DNA of 64,000 nt from an uncultured Thermoplasmata archaeon. Its GTDB lineage: Archaea > Thermoplasmatota > Thermoplasmata > UBA10834. The stretch covers positions 30,221-94,220 of the forward strand of contig CAZAUI010000003.1 in assembly GCA_964488505.1 (NCBI GenBank), in the 5' to 3' direction. The notes under the pieces were generated by a model. That model did no database searches and was not told the DNA's origin. It was given only the letters and a program-made list of their open reading frames with translations. Below are positions 1 to 8,550 of the stretch, in pieces. The position numbers were made by a program, and so were the translations under genes. Each line of letters starts with the position of its first letter. Position 1 is the first letter of the stretch.

Positions 1-1102
1 GTATCCGTTCACCACGATACAGCCGAACAAGGGCGTGGGCTATGTGCGCAGCCCGTGCCCGCATACGGACTTCGGGAAACCGTGCAACCCGAACAACTCG
101 CTGTGCGAGAACGGGACCAGGTTCGTCCCCATAGAGGTGCTCGACGTGGCGGGGCTGGTCCCCGACGCCCACGCGGGCAGGGGCCTCGGGAACAAGTTCC
201 TCGACGACCTCAGGCAGGCGGATGCGTTCATACACGTCGTCGATGCGAGCGGCGGGACCGACTTCGAGGGCAACCCGGTCGGCGTGGGCACGCACGACCC
301 GACCATGGACGTGAGCTTCCTCGAGAGGGAGCTCACATACTGGCTGTACGGCATACTCGAGAAGAACTTCTCGAAGATGGCCAAGCAGGCGAAGCTGACA
401 GGCGCGAAGCTAGAGAAGATGCTCCACGAGAAGCTCACTGGCCTGTCGATCACCGAGCACCAGATACTGGCGTCGTTCAGGCACGCCGGGATCCAGGAGG
501 ACCCGACGCTCTGGGGGGAGCAGGAGCTTCTCAAGTACTGCTCCTCGCTTCAGAAGATCAGCAAGCCGATGATCATAGCCGCCAACAAGGCGGACATCGC
601 GCCGCCCGAGAACCTCGAGCGGCTCAAGGCGACCGGATACCCCGTCATAGCGACGAGCGCGGAGTACGAGCTGGCCCTGAGGCGCGCGTCGAAGGCCGGC
701 CTGATATCGTACGTGCCCGGGAGCGGGTCGTTCGAGGTCGCGGACAGGTCCAAGCTGAACGCGGGCCAGCTCGCTGCGTTGGACAAGATGTCCTCGTGGC
801 TGAAGGAGCACAAGAGCACCGGCGTACAGGCGATCCTCGAGGATGTGGTGTTCAAGGTCCTGGACCTGATGGTGGTGTACCCTGTCGAGGACGAGCACAA
901 GTGGTCCGACAAGCAGGGGAAGGTCCTGCCCGACGCGTACCTGATGCGAAGGGGCACGAACGCGAAGGACCTCGCGTTCAAGGTGCACACGGACCTGGGG
1001 GACAACTTCATAAGGGCGATCGACGGAAGGACCCACATGGCGATAGGCCACGACCACGTCCTGAAGGCCGGGGACGTCATCAAGATAGTCGCGAAGGCAT
1101 GA
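1..1102 (+). CDS. Obg/YchF/DRG-family GTP-binding protein with C-terminal TGS domain; 5' end outside window
   Basis: Frame from nt 2 reads YPFTTIQPNKG (G2/switch I of Obg-like GTPases). DVAGLV (G3), AANKAD (G4) and a TGS-like C-terminus (HVLKAGDVIKIV) follow. Stop TGA 1100-1102 overlaps the polB ATG (ATGA). Confidence 0.8.
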   Translation, partial: YPFTTIQPNKGVGYVRSPCPHTDFGKPCNPNNSLCENGTRFVPIEVLDVAGLVPDAHAGRGLGNKFLDDLRQADAFIHVVDASGGTDFEGNPVGVGTHDPTMDVSFLERELTYWLYGILEKNFSKMAKQAKLTGAKLEKMLHEKLTGLSITEHQILASFRHAGIQEDPTLWGEQELLKYCSSLQKISKPMIIAANKADIAPPENLERLKATGYPVIATSAEYELALRRASKAGLISYVPGSGSFEVADRSKLNAGQLAALDKMSSWLKEHKSTGVQAILEDVVFKVLDLMVVYPVEDEHKWSDKQGKVLPDAYLMRRGTNAKDLAFKVHTDLGDNFIRAIDGRTHMAIGHDHVLKAGDVIKIVAKA

Positions 1103-3492
1103 TCTGGATGGGGCAGTGGGACATCAGGCTGATAGGAGTATCCTACTCGAAGGGAGGCGGAGACCTCGCCCTCCACATATACGGCAAGACCGAGGACGGC
1201 AGGTCCGTCGCCGTGAGGTACACGGGGTTCGAGCCGTACTTCTTCGTGCTCGAGCCGTCCGAGGAGGTGCTCGAAATACTCGGGGACGACCCGCGGGTCG
1301 TCCGCATGGAGGACCGGGAGCTGCTCTTCAAGGGCGAGAAGAAGAGGGCGAAGCGGGTCGTGGTCACATACCCGTGGCTCGTGCCCGACATCAGGGGCCA
1401 GGTCATACAGAAGACCACGGTCCTGGCGGCGGACATCCCGTTCCATTTCAGGTTCATGTACGACCTGGACCTCGGCTCCTGCGTGCGCGTGTTCGGCGAG
1501 GAGTTCGAGGACGCACGGTACAGGACGGATCTTGCCGTGAAGGCGGAGAGGTTCGAGACCATCAAGCCCTTCAGGCCGAACCTGAGGGTGCTGAGCTTCG
1601 ACATCGAGACCAGCCTGAAGGAGCCGAAGATATTCACCATATGCTGCGTCGTCAAGGACGGCGACAAGGTCGAGAGCCGGGGCTTCGAGGGCGACGAGTC
1701 CAAGATGATCAAGGACTTCTACGACTACATCGTCGATGTCGACCCGGATGTGATCACGGGGTACAACATCGACGGGTTCGACATACCCCAGGTGCTCCAG
1801 CGCGCGGAGGCCCTGAGGCTGCCCGAGCCCTCCTGGGGCAGGTACCCGGGACCGATATCGCAGTACAACAACCGGTTCTGGTGGTGCGAGGGCCGGGTGG
1901 TCATAGACGCCTGGTGGGCCGTCAAGAAGGTCATGAAGCCCAAGCAGGAGACCCTGAACGCGGTCTCCAAGCTCCTCCTGGGGGAGGAGAAGCACGATGT
2001 CGACCCGAAGAAGATGGACGACGAGTGGGCCGCTGACAAGGACAAGGTCATGAAGTACTGCACCCACGACGCGCACCTGGCACTCAGGGTGCTCGAGAAG
2101 ATAGCCATGCTGAACAGGAGCATGGACCTCGCGGCGGTGTCCAAGCTGCCCCTGGACGATGTCGTCAACGGCATCACATCGCAGCTCATAGACTCCATCC
2201 TCATCCGCATCGCGGACAGGAACAACGTCGCGGTCCCGATGACCTCGAGGAACTACGAGGACACGGAGGCGATCGAGGGCGGGTACGTCCACGACATCAA
2301 GTCGGGCCTTCACCACTGGGTCCTGACCCTGGACTTCAGGAGCATGTACCCGAGCACCATCATATCGAAGAACATCTGCTTCACGACGCTCCACCCGGAC
2401 GGCACGGTCGTGTCGCCCACGGGCGCGCGGTTCCTGGACAAGAGCGTCAGGGTCGGCCTGCTCCCGGGGATACTCGAGGACCTGATGAGGGAGAGGGCCG
2501 CGACCAAGAAGGCCATGAGGGACGCGAAGACCCCTGACGAGGCGGACTACTACAACGGCCTCCAGGAGGCCATCAAGATACTGATGAACTCCTTCTACGG
2601 AGTGCTCGCATCGTCGTTCTACAGGTTCACGGACCCGAGGATAGGCGCGAGCATAACCGCGTTCGCGAGGGAGGCGACCAAGGACCTGATCAAGAAGCTG
2701 GAGTCGGAGGGCCTGGAGGTCATATACTCCGACACCGACTCCGTGTTCTTCCTGTCGCCCCACAAGGAGCTCGAGGCATCGATCAAGTTCGGCCAGCAGA
2801 TCGCGGAGCGGTTCTCGAAGGACGGGATGGTGCTCGAGTTCGAGAAGATCATGGAGCCGTTCTTCTCCCACGGCATGAAGAAGAGGTACGTCGGCCGGAT
2901 GGTCTGGCCCAGGAAGGAGCTGGTCGTGCGCGGGTACGAGATGCGCAGGACGGACTCCTTCGACCTCCAGAGCGAGACGCTCCAGACGGTGTTCGAGAAG
3001 GTCCTGGACGGGGACAACGAGGGTGCAGTCGCCTACACGAGGAAGGCGATAGACGACCTTCTTGCCGGGAACGTGGACGCGTCGAGGCTGGTGATATCCC
3101 GCACCGTGAGGGACTTCGACTCGTACAAGGCCAGCGACCGGATGGTCAACGTGCGCGCAGCGAAGAAGCTCCAGGAGATGGGGTACGAGTTCCAGCCAGG
3201 CATGAAGGTCTCGTGGGTCGTAACCGACGGGAGGAAGTCCCCGAACGAGGTAGAGCCGTGGATCCAGGGGAGGGAGTTCAAGGCCAAACCGGACTACAAG
3301 TACTACGCCACGAGGCTCTCGGCGACCATCTCGAGGGTGACGGACTCCTTCGGATGGGACCAGAAGTCCCTGGTGAGCGGGGCGCAGCAGGTGACCTTCA
3401 AGGACAACGACTTCGAGAACAAGCGGGCGGCCAAGGTCGCGGCGCAGCCCAAGAAGACCGACAAGAAGCTCAAGCTCGACGACTTCATGTGA
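1099..3492 (+). CDS. polB: Family B DNA polymerase
   Basis: 797 aa. Motifs: ExoI FDIET, ExoII YNIDGFD, ExoIII YCTHDAHL, Pol A DFRSMYPS, Pol B KILMNSFYG, Pol C YSDTDS. The polymerase-like sequence begins at MIWMGQWDIRLIGVSY inside the long 55..3492 ORF. The C-terminus KKLKLDDFM is PIP-box-like. Confidence 0.93.
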   Translation: MIWMGQWDIRLIGVSYSKGGGDLALHIYGKTEDGRSVAVRYTGFEPYFFVLEPSEEVLEILGDDPRVVRMEDRELLFKGEKKRAKRVVVTYPWLVPDIRGQVIQKTTVLAADIPFHFRFMYDLDLGSCVRVFGEEFEDARYRTDLAVKAERFETIKPFRPNLRVLSFDIETSLKEPKIFTICCVVKDGDKVESRGFEGDESKMIKDFYDYIVDVDPDVITGYNIDGFDIPQVLQRAEALRLPEPSWGRYPGPISQYNNRFWWCEGRVVIDAWWAVKKVMKPKQETLNAVSKLLLGEEKHDVDPKKMDDEWAADKDKVMKYCTHDAHLALRVLEKIAMLNRSMDLAAVSKLPLDDVVNGITSQLIDSILIRIADRNNVAVPMTSRNYEDTEAIEGGYVHDIKSGLHHWVLTLDFRSMYPSTIISKNICFTTLHPDGTVVSPTGARFLDKSVRVGLLPGILEDLMRERAATKKAMRDAKTPDEADYYNGLQEAIKILMNSFYGVLASSFYRFTDPRIGASITAFAREATKDLIKKLESEGLEVIYSDTDSVFFLSPHKELEASIKFGQQIAERFSKDGMVLEFEKIMEPFFSHGMKKRYVGRMVWPRKELVVRGYEMRRTDSFDLQSETLQTVFEKVLDGDNEGAVAYTRKAIDDLLAGNVDASRLVISRTVRDFDSYKASDRMVNVRAAKKLQEMGYEFQPGMKVSWVVTDGRKSPNEVEPWIQGREFKAKPDYKYYATRLSATISRVTDSFGWDQKSLVSGAQQVTFKDNDFENKRAAKVAAQPKKTDKKLKLDDFM

Positions 3493-3564
3493 GCGCACAG
3501 CAAACCTGTTCGCCGTCATCGACTAGACCACCCGGAGCATCTGTGTCTCCAAGGTTGCGTCCTC

Positions 3565-4242
3565 ATGCCGTCGGATTGGGAGATAGCGATACTGTATGAT
3601 TCCGAGGGCCGCCCGGGCTACAAGACAGGCTGGGGCTTCTCCGCATTGGTCACATCGGCCGACAAGAGGGTCCTGTTCGACTGCGGGTGGGACGGGCACA
3701 TGCTCAGGCACAACCTGGGGCGCATGGGCCTCACGTTCGCGGACATAGACAAGGTGGTCGTGTCGCACACGCACTGGGACCACCTGTCCGGCATCACCGA
3801 AGTGCTGTCTGAGCCGGTCAGGGAGGAACCCCTTGAGGTCTTCGTCCCCGCGGACTTCTCCGACAACCTGAAGAAGGAGATAGCCAAGCGCGCCAGCCTC
3901 AGACAGGTCGACGGTCCTGAGGAGATACTCCCAGGGATAGTGTCCACAGGGCAGCTGGGAGGGCCGCTCAAGGAGCAGTCGCTGGTGGTCGTCGACGGGG
4001 GCAAGGGCATCGTCCTGACCGGGTGCGCACATCCCGGGCTAGGGGTCATATTCGCCCGGGTCGAGGAGACCGCGCGTCCATCGTGGATAGTCGGGGGTCT
4101 GCACGGGGCGAAGGCGTCGTACCTGCCGGAGAGCCTGGACAGGCTGGTGCTGTGCCACTGCACGAAGGAGAAGGAGGCCATCATGGCCTCGTTCCCCGGG
4201 AAGGCGTCCCTCGGGAAGGCCGGGGACGTGCTGTCCCGATGA
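3565..4242 (+). CDS. Metallo-beta-lactamase-fold protein (COG1237-like)
   Basis: HxHxDH motif SHTHWDH. N-terminal ILYDS...GWGFSALV...VLFDCG pattern is typical of small archaeal MBL-fold proteins. Confidence 0.7.
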   Translation: MPSDWEIAILYDSEGRPGYKTGWGFSALVTSADKRVLFDCGWDGHMLRHNLGRMGLTFADIDKVVVSHTHWDHLSGITEVLSEPVREEPLEVFVPADFSDNLKKEIAKRASLRQVDGPEEILPGIVSTGQLGGPLKEQSLVVVDGGKGIVLTGCAHPGLGVIFARVEETARPSWIVGGLHGAKASYLPESLDRLVLCHCTKEKEAIMASFPGKASLGKAGDVLSR

Positions 4243-4304
4243 GCGTCCGGCCCCAGGCCGTCCGTTAGCCAATCTTTAAATATATATGTCTCAAAGGGGC
4301 GCAA

Positions 4305-4317
4305 ATTAGATATAATT
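4305..4317 (+). promoter_or_regulatory. TATA-like box (ATTAGATATAATT) about 25 nt upstream of ATG 4337; a second A/T block lies at 4275-4287
   Basis: AT-rich island in a GC-rich genome, directly upstream of the DUF134 gene. The spacing is consistent with a leaderless archaeal transcript. Confidence 0.4.
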
Positions 4318-4336
4318 GGGCGCATTATCATCCATC

Positions 4337-4666
4337 ATGAACCCCGGACCTCGCGGCCGCCGCCGCGGAAGGAGATGGATCGACTGGGTGCCACCCGCTG
4401 ACATGTACTACCCGCGCGTGGCCTCAGGCTCGCCCACAGGCATGGCCCGGCTCTCCGTCGAGGAGATGGAGGCCCTCAGGCTGGTCGACCTGCTCGGCCT
4501 GCCGCACGAGGAGGCCGCTGGAATGATGGGCGTGTCCCGCAAGACGCTGTGGAGGGACCTCACATCCGCGCGCAGGAAGCTGGTCGAGGCGCTCGTCAAC
4601 GGCTGGGCGATCCAGATCTCTGGAGGCGACTTCGTTTTGAGGGGGACCGAGGGGAAGGGGGAGTGA
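4337..4666 (+). CDS. DUF134 (UPF0251) family predicted DNA-binding protein
   Basis: RGRRRGRRW basic N-terminus. LSVEEMEALRLVDLLGLPHEEAAGMMGVSRKTLWRDLTSARRKLVEALVNGWAIQISGG matches my recollection of the DUF134 HTH core. ATG 4337 is preferred over TTG 4316 (ORF track) because a TATA-like box at 4305-4317 sits about 25 nt upstream. Confidence 0.7.
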   Translation: MNPGPRGRRRGRRWIDWVPPADMYYPRVASGSPTGMARLSVEEMEALRLVDLLGLPHEEAAGMMGVSRKTLWRDLTSARRKLVEALVNGWAIQISGGDFVLRGTEGKGE

Positions 4667-4670
4667 CAAG

Positions 4671-4928
4671 GTGTCCGGAGGCAAGGGTCGAGGATGGAGG
4701 CACAGGAGGATGTACTGCGCCACCGGGCTCCCTGGTTGCGGCCGAGGCGGCCGCGCCGGACGCCAGCAGCCGGAGGCCGTGCCCGACCGGGCGGCCCAGG
4801 GCCTCAGCAGGGATGAGGAGGCCAGGATGCTGGAGGAAGAGGAGATGAAGCTGAAGGAGGGACTCGATGACCTCGAGACGGCCATCGCGGACCTGAGTGA
4901 TAAAAACAAGAAGGAGGTGAACAAGTAA
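4671..4928 (+). CDS. DUF5320-like protein (G/R-rich N-terminus, acidic coiled-coil C-terminus)
   Basis: GTG start 4 nt after the DUF134 stop. GRGWRHRRMYCATGLPGCGRGG followed by EEEEMKLKEGLDDLETAIADL. Host-like codon usage. Stop TAA overlaps the next ATG (TAATG). Confidence 0.55.
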   Translation: MSGGKGRGWRHRRMYCATGLPGCGRGGRAGRQQPEAVPDRAAQGLSRDEEARMLEEEEMKLKEGLDDLETAIADLSDKNKKEVNK

Positions 4929-5260
4929 TGCCTGGTGGAGACAGGACCGGACCGTGGGGAGAAGGCTCCAGGACTGGGCGTGCCATGGGCTACTGCTCTG
5001 GGTACGACGCGCCGGGCTTCGCGACCCCTCGCGGGTTCGGAGGCCGGTTCGGATACGGTTTCGGCCGTGGCCGCGGCTTCGGCCGCGGGTTCGGCAGGGG
5101 CTGGAGGTTCCAAGCCGCGTATGCGCCGCCTATCTACGGCACCCCGTCCCGGGAGGACGAGCTCGCATACCTGCAGGACCTGCAGAAGAGCCTCGAGCAG
5201 GGACTCGAGGACGTCGGGAAGCGGCTCAAGGAGCTCTCCGATACAGTGGACAAGAAGTGA
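4928..5260 (+). CDS. DUF5320 family protein with RG/FG-rich tract
   Basis: MPGGDRTGPWGEGSRTGRAMGYCSGY is the family N-terminus as I recall it. GFGGRFGYGFGRGRGFGRGFGRGWRF low-complexity core. C-terminal coiled coil LQDLQKSLEQGLEDVGKRLKELS. Confidence 0.65.
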   Translation: MPGGDRTGPWGEGSRTGRAMGYCSGYDAPGFATPRGFGGRFGYGFGRGRGFGRGFGRGWRFQAAYAPPIYGTPSREDELAYLQDLQKSLEQGLEDVGKRLKELSDTVDKK

Positions 5261-5388
5261 CCTCAAACTCCTTCCAGCCTGATTCTCGCCGTCCGGCCGT
5301 CTCACAAGGCCATCTCGTCAGGCAGCCACCGCTCGCGCCATAACGACCCGGCCTGCCTCGGAGGCCGCCTTGTCCCGTCCGCAACACG

Positions 5389-5396
5389 TTTAAATA
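5389..5396 (+). promoter_or_regulatory. TATA-like box (TTTAAATA) upstream of rpl15e
   Basis: This is the only A/T block in the 5261-5497 spacer. It would place the TSS near 5420. Confidence 0.35.
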
Positions 5397-5425
5397 GACC
5401 TATCCGTCTGTTCCGGTCCGCAGCG

Positions 5426-5446
5426 GCGAGACCACCTCGGTCTCGC
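5426..5446 (+). other. 8-bp stem hairpin (GCGAGACC-ACCTC-GGTCTCGC) in the putative rpl15e leader
   Basis: Perfect inverted repeat read directly from the sequence. Confidence 0.5.
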
Positions 5447-5497
5447 ATGGGAATGTGCGCCTGATGGCGTGAACCCTGAACGGCTGGATGTGACACG

Positions 5498-6199
5498 ATG
5501 GCTGAAGAGGCAAAGTCAGCTCCCAAGAAGGAGCGCAAGGTGAAGGCGCCCGCTGAGGCGCCTGCAGCGGCCCCGGCACCCGTGGCCGAGGCTAAGAAGG
5601 GCGGGCCCGCCAAGGGCATGTATCATTATATCGGCGAGGCCTGGAAGGACGTCGACAGCGACGAGATGAAGCACCTGATGTGGCAGCGCATGGTCGACTG
5701 GAGGAAGGAAGGCACCTTCGTCCGCGTCGAGAAGCCACTGAGGCTCGACAAGGCGCGCCAGCTGGGCTACAAGGCGAAGCAGGGCTTCGTCATCGTCCGG
5801 ACCAAGGTCAGGAAGGGCGGCCTGAGGAAGCACAGGATCAGGAAGGGCCGCAAGCCCAAGAGGAAGGGTATACTCAAGATCACCATGAAGAAGAACATCC
5901 AGAGGATAGCCGAGGAGAGGGCCTCCAAGAAGTACCCGAACCTCGAGGTCCTGGCGTCCTACTGGGTGGGAGAGGACGGACGGCACAAGTGGTTCGAGGT
6001 CATCCTCGTGGATGTGAACCACCCCGTGATCAAGTCCGACCCGAAGCTGAACTGGATATGCAGCTCTAAGCACACGCACAGGGCCATCAGGGGCCTGACG
6101 CCTGCCGGCAAGAAGGGCAGGGGACTTGTCAGGACCAGGGGCATGGGCGCGGAGAAGGTCAGGCCTTCGCTGAGGGCGCACAAGAGGATGGGCACCTAG
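5498..6199 (+). CDS. rpl15e: 50S ribosomal protein L15e
   Basis: MYHYIGEAWK...GYKAKQGFVIVRTKVRKGG...RKGRKPKRKG...SYWVGEDGRHKWFEVILVD is canonical L15e. The ORF carries an extra 40-aa Lys/Ala/Pro-rich N-terminus; the alternative start is ATG 5618. Confidence 0.9.
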   Translation: MAEEAKSAPKKERKVKAPAEAPAAAPAPVAEAKKGGPAKGMYHYIGEAWKDVDSDEMKHLMWQRMVDWRKEGTFVRVEKPLRLDKARQLGYKAKQGFVIVRTKVRKGGLRKHRIRKGRKPKRKGILKITMKKNIQRIAEERASKKYPNLEVLASYWVGEDGRHKWFEVILVDVNHPVIKSDPKLNWICSSKHTHRAIRGLTPAGKKGRGLVRTRGMGAEKVRPSLRAHKRMGT

Positions 6200-7053
6200 G
6201 CCGTAATCCTGTCCAGCAGTCTCCAGACTTCTTCCCGGGACATTCCGATGAGAGGATGGAACACCGGGAGGTTTCCCTTCAGGACGGCCCCACGCTCCAT
6301 GTCCTCGAGGCTCCACTCCAGGGCGATCCCCTCGCACTTGAGTCTCCGGGCCTGTTCGAACAGGTCCTCCTCGGGCTTGAGGACCTTCAGGTCCGGGTTC
6401 CAAGACGCGAGCGGGGACGGCAACGCCTCGTCCTCGGAGGCCACGGCCACGTTGCACCCTCTCTTCATGAGCAGCCACGAGGATGCGATGCCCCTCTTGG
6501 AGGATACCAGGGACAGCAACCTGCCCTGGGTGCCCTTCGGCATACCCCCTGGCCCGCGCATGACCGAACTGTACAGGAAGGCCTCCTTGCCCCTGACCTC
6601 GACGAACACCTCCGCGTCCGGCGTATCGAGGTCCACCCTGAGCGCGAGGTCCTTGTTCGAATCCAGTATCGCGGAGCCCAGGTCCCGGGCAAGCATCTGG
6701 CTGGTGTACGGGTGGTTGCCCGTCCTCCTGGTGCGCATGGCGAAGCTCGCCCCCTTGAACAGGAGCGGCCTGGAAAAATCCTTCACGGCATCGGTGAGCC
6801 CCGCGAGCTCGCTCGTGGCCTTGGAGACCGGGCTGAAGGAGACGACCCCGAAGGTCCTGGAGAGCATCTCGGCGCTCCTCCTCCAGTCGTCCGAGTCGAT
6901 GAAGATCCTGCCCCTCATGGACGAGGTGACGCACGGCACCTCGGCGAGCAGGTGCTTCCTCCGTATGTCCTGCACGAGCGCCTGCTCGAACCTCCTGCGG
7001 ACGCTCTCGCTCTTGAGCCCGAGTTCGCCGTACCTGATGAGGAGTTTCGGCAT
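6196..7053 (-). CDS. ThiI-like THUMP-domain protein with degenerate PP-loop (probable non-catalytic ThiI relative)
   Basis: N-terminus MPKLLIRYGELGLKSESVRRRF and the THUMP region (FAMRTRRTGNHPYTS...VFVEVRGKEAFLY) resemble ThiI. At the PP-loop position SGGxDS is replaced by LVSSKRGIASS. Only about 100 aa follow, though HPLIGMSREEV is retained. Confidence 0.7.
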   Translation of the reverse strand: MPKLLIRYGELGLKSESVRRRFEQALVQDIRRKHLLAEVPCVTSSMRGRIFIDSDDWRRSAEMLSRTFGVVSFSPVSKATSELAGLTDAVKDFSRPLLFKGASFAMRTRRTGNHPYTSQMLARDLGSAILDSNKDLALRVDLDTPDAEVFVEVRGKEAFLYSSVMRGPGGMPKGTQGRLLSLVSSKRGIASSWLLMKRGCNVAVASEDEALPSPLASWNPDLKVLKPEEDLFEQARRLKCEGIALEWSLEDMERGAVLKGNLPVFHPLIGMSREEVWRLLDRITA

Positions 7054-7168
7054 GCGCCTGGGCTAACCCCGTGGGGACGAATAAACATTCACCTCCCGGA
7101 GCAGGTTAGAAGGAAAATCTAATTAGGCGTTCCGCGTTCACGCTTGACGTAGCCGTAAGAGGGGTAAA

Positions 7169-8527
7169 TTGAACACTGAGCAAAAGAGCAAGGTTTCTTT
7201 GAAAAGAGTCGTTGACCCCCCAGGACCGAAGGCGAAGGCGACAGTGGAGAGGGACAAGAAGGTCCTCTCGCCCTACAACAGGCCCTACTACTACCCGTTC
7301 GTGGTGGAGAAGGGCAAGGGCTGCATCATCGAGGACATCGATGGCAACGAGTACGTCGACTTCAACTCCGGGCTCGGGGCGATGAACGTCGGGCACTGCC
7401 ACCCTGAGGTGGTCAAGGCGATAGCGAAGCAGTCCGAGAGGCTGCTCCACTACAGCTACACGGACTTCTACTACAGATATGCCGTGGAGCTCGCCGAGAA
7501 GCTGAACGAGATCACGCCCGGCGACTACACCAAGAAGGTGTTCTTCAGCGGTTCAGGGGCCGAGAGCATCGAGGCCTTCGCGAAGGTCGCGAGGTGGCAC
7601 TCGAAGAGGCCGCTGTTCCTGGCGTACACCGGGGCGTTCCACGGGCGCAGCATGGGCGCGCTGAGCTTCACGGCCAGCTCGATCGTGCAGAAGGCCAGGT
7701 ACTTCCCGACGATGCCTGGCGTGTACCATGTGCCGTTCGCGTACTGCTACAGGTGCCCGTACAAGATGAGCCTCCCGGACTGCAACTACTGGTGCGTCGA
7801 CTTCATCGAGGACTTCGTCCTCAAGAAGTACGTGCCGCCGCAGGAGGTCGCGGCGTCTCTGATTGAGCCCATCCAGGGCGAGGGGGGATACGTCGTCCCG
7901 CCGCCCGAGTACCACAAGAGGCTGAAGAAGCTGTACGACAAGTACGGCATCCTGTACGCCGTGGACGAGGTCCAGTGCGGAATGGCCAGGACCGGGAAGT
8001 GGTGGGCCATCGAGCACTTCGGCGTGACGCCTGACATCATCTGCAGCTCCAAGGCCCTCGGAGGCGGGATATCCCTGGGCGCGACCATCGGACGCGCGGA
8101 GATATTCGACTGGGACGCCGGGTCGCACTGCACGACCCTCGGAGGCACCCCGGTCGCGTGCGAGGCGTCCCTGGCGACCATCAGGGTCATCGAGAAGGAG
8201 AAGCTGATGCCGAACGCCACGAGGATCGGCGACCACATAATGAAGCGCATGAGGGAGGTCATGGAGTCCTCCAAGATCATCGGCGACGTCAGGGGCAAGG
8301 GCCTCATGATCGGCGTCGAGGTGGTCAAGGACAAGAAGACGAAGGAGAAGTTCGGCGACGGGGCCCATGACATCATCCACAAGGCGTGGAAGAAGGGCCT
8401 GGTGGCGATAGGCGCGGGCGAGAACAGCTTCAGGATAGCGCCTCCGCTCGTGATCACGAAGGACCAGGCCGACTTCGGCGTCGATGTGCTCGCGGAGTGC
8501 ATCAAGGAGGTAGAGAAGGAGATGTGA
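7169..8527 (+). CDS. Class III (omega-amino acid/GABA/acetylornithine-type) PLP aminotransferase, paralog 1
   Basis: TTG start. FSGSGAESIEAFAKVAR, DEVQCGMARTGKWWA, CSSKALGGG (PLP lysine). 452 aa. Confidence 0.88.
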   Translation: MNTEQKSKVSLKRVVDPPGPKAKATVERDKKVLSPYNRPYYYPFVVEKGKGCIIEDIDGNEYVDFNSGLGAMNVGHCHPEVVKAIAKQSERLLHYSYTDFYYRYAVELAEKLNEITPGDYTKKVFFSGSGAESIEAFAKVARWHSKRPLFLAYTGAFHGRSMGALSFTASSIVQKARYFPTMPGVYHVPFAYCYRCPYKMSLPDCNYWCVDFIEDFVLKKYVPPQEVAASLIEPIQGEGGYVVPPPEYHKRLKKLYDKYGILYAVDEVQCGMARTGKWWAIEHFGVTPDIICSSKALGGGISLGATIGRAEIFDWDAGSHCTTLGGTPVACEASLATIRVIEKEKLMPNATRIGDHIMKRMREVMESSKIIGDVRGKGLMIGVEVVKDKKTKEKFGDGAHDIIHKAWKKGLVAIGAGENSFRIAPPLVITKDQADFGVDVLAECIKEVEKEM

Positions 8528-8548
8528 GCCGCCGGGTCATCCGGCGGC
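8528..8548 (+). terminator. GC hairpin (GCCGCCGG-GTCAT-CCGGCGGC) immediately after the aminotransferase-1 stop
   Basis: Perfect 8-bp inverted repeat starting 1 nt after stop 8527. Function as a terminator is inferred. Confidence 0.3.
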
Positions 8549-8550
8549 CG

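Noticed and set aside
55-1098. N-terminal 348 codons of the 1145-aa ORF 55..3492, which would make a giant PolB fusion.
   Set aside because: This part overlaps the GTPase gene in another frame. It is Arg/Gly/Pro/Glu-rich nonsense (…RGARRGGAGPRRPRGQGPREQ…). PolB homology begins only at the ATG at 1099. Long open alternative frames are expected in stop-poor, high-GC DNA.
1099-3492. Intein or split-gene organisation in polB.
   Set aside because: All exonuclease and polymerase motifs are contiguous at normal spacing. The length (797 aa) is standard, and no Cys/Ser-...-HN splice-junction insert is present.
550-3519. 989-aa antisense ORF opposite the GTPase and polB genes.
   Set aside because: It is antisense to two strongly motif-supported genes. 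Its composition is dominated by R/L/H/P/V/G, and it has no recognisable motif. It is a typical high-GC shadow ORF.
5516-6934. 472-aa minus-strand ORF spanning rpl15e and the ThiI-like gene.
   Set aside because: It overlaps two genes with clear homology signals on other frames. Its Arg/Gly/Pro-rich composition marks it as a shadow ORF.
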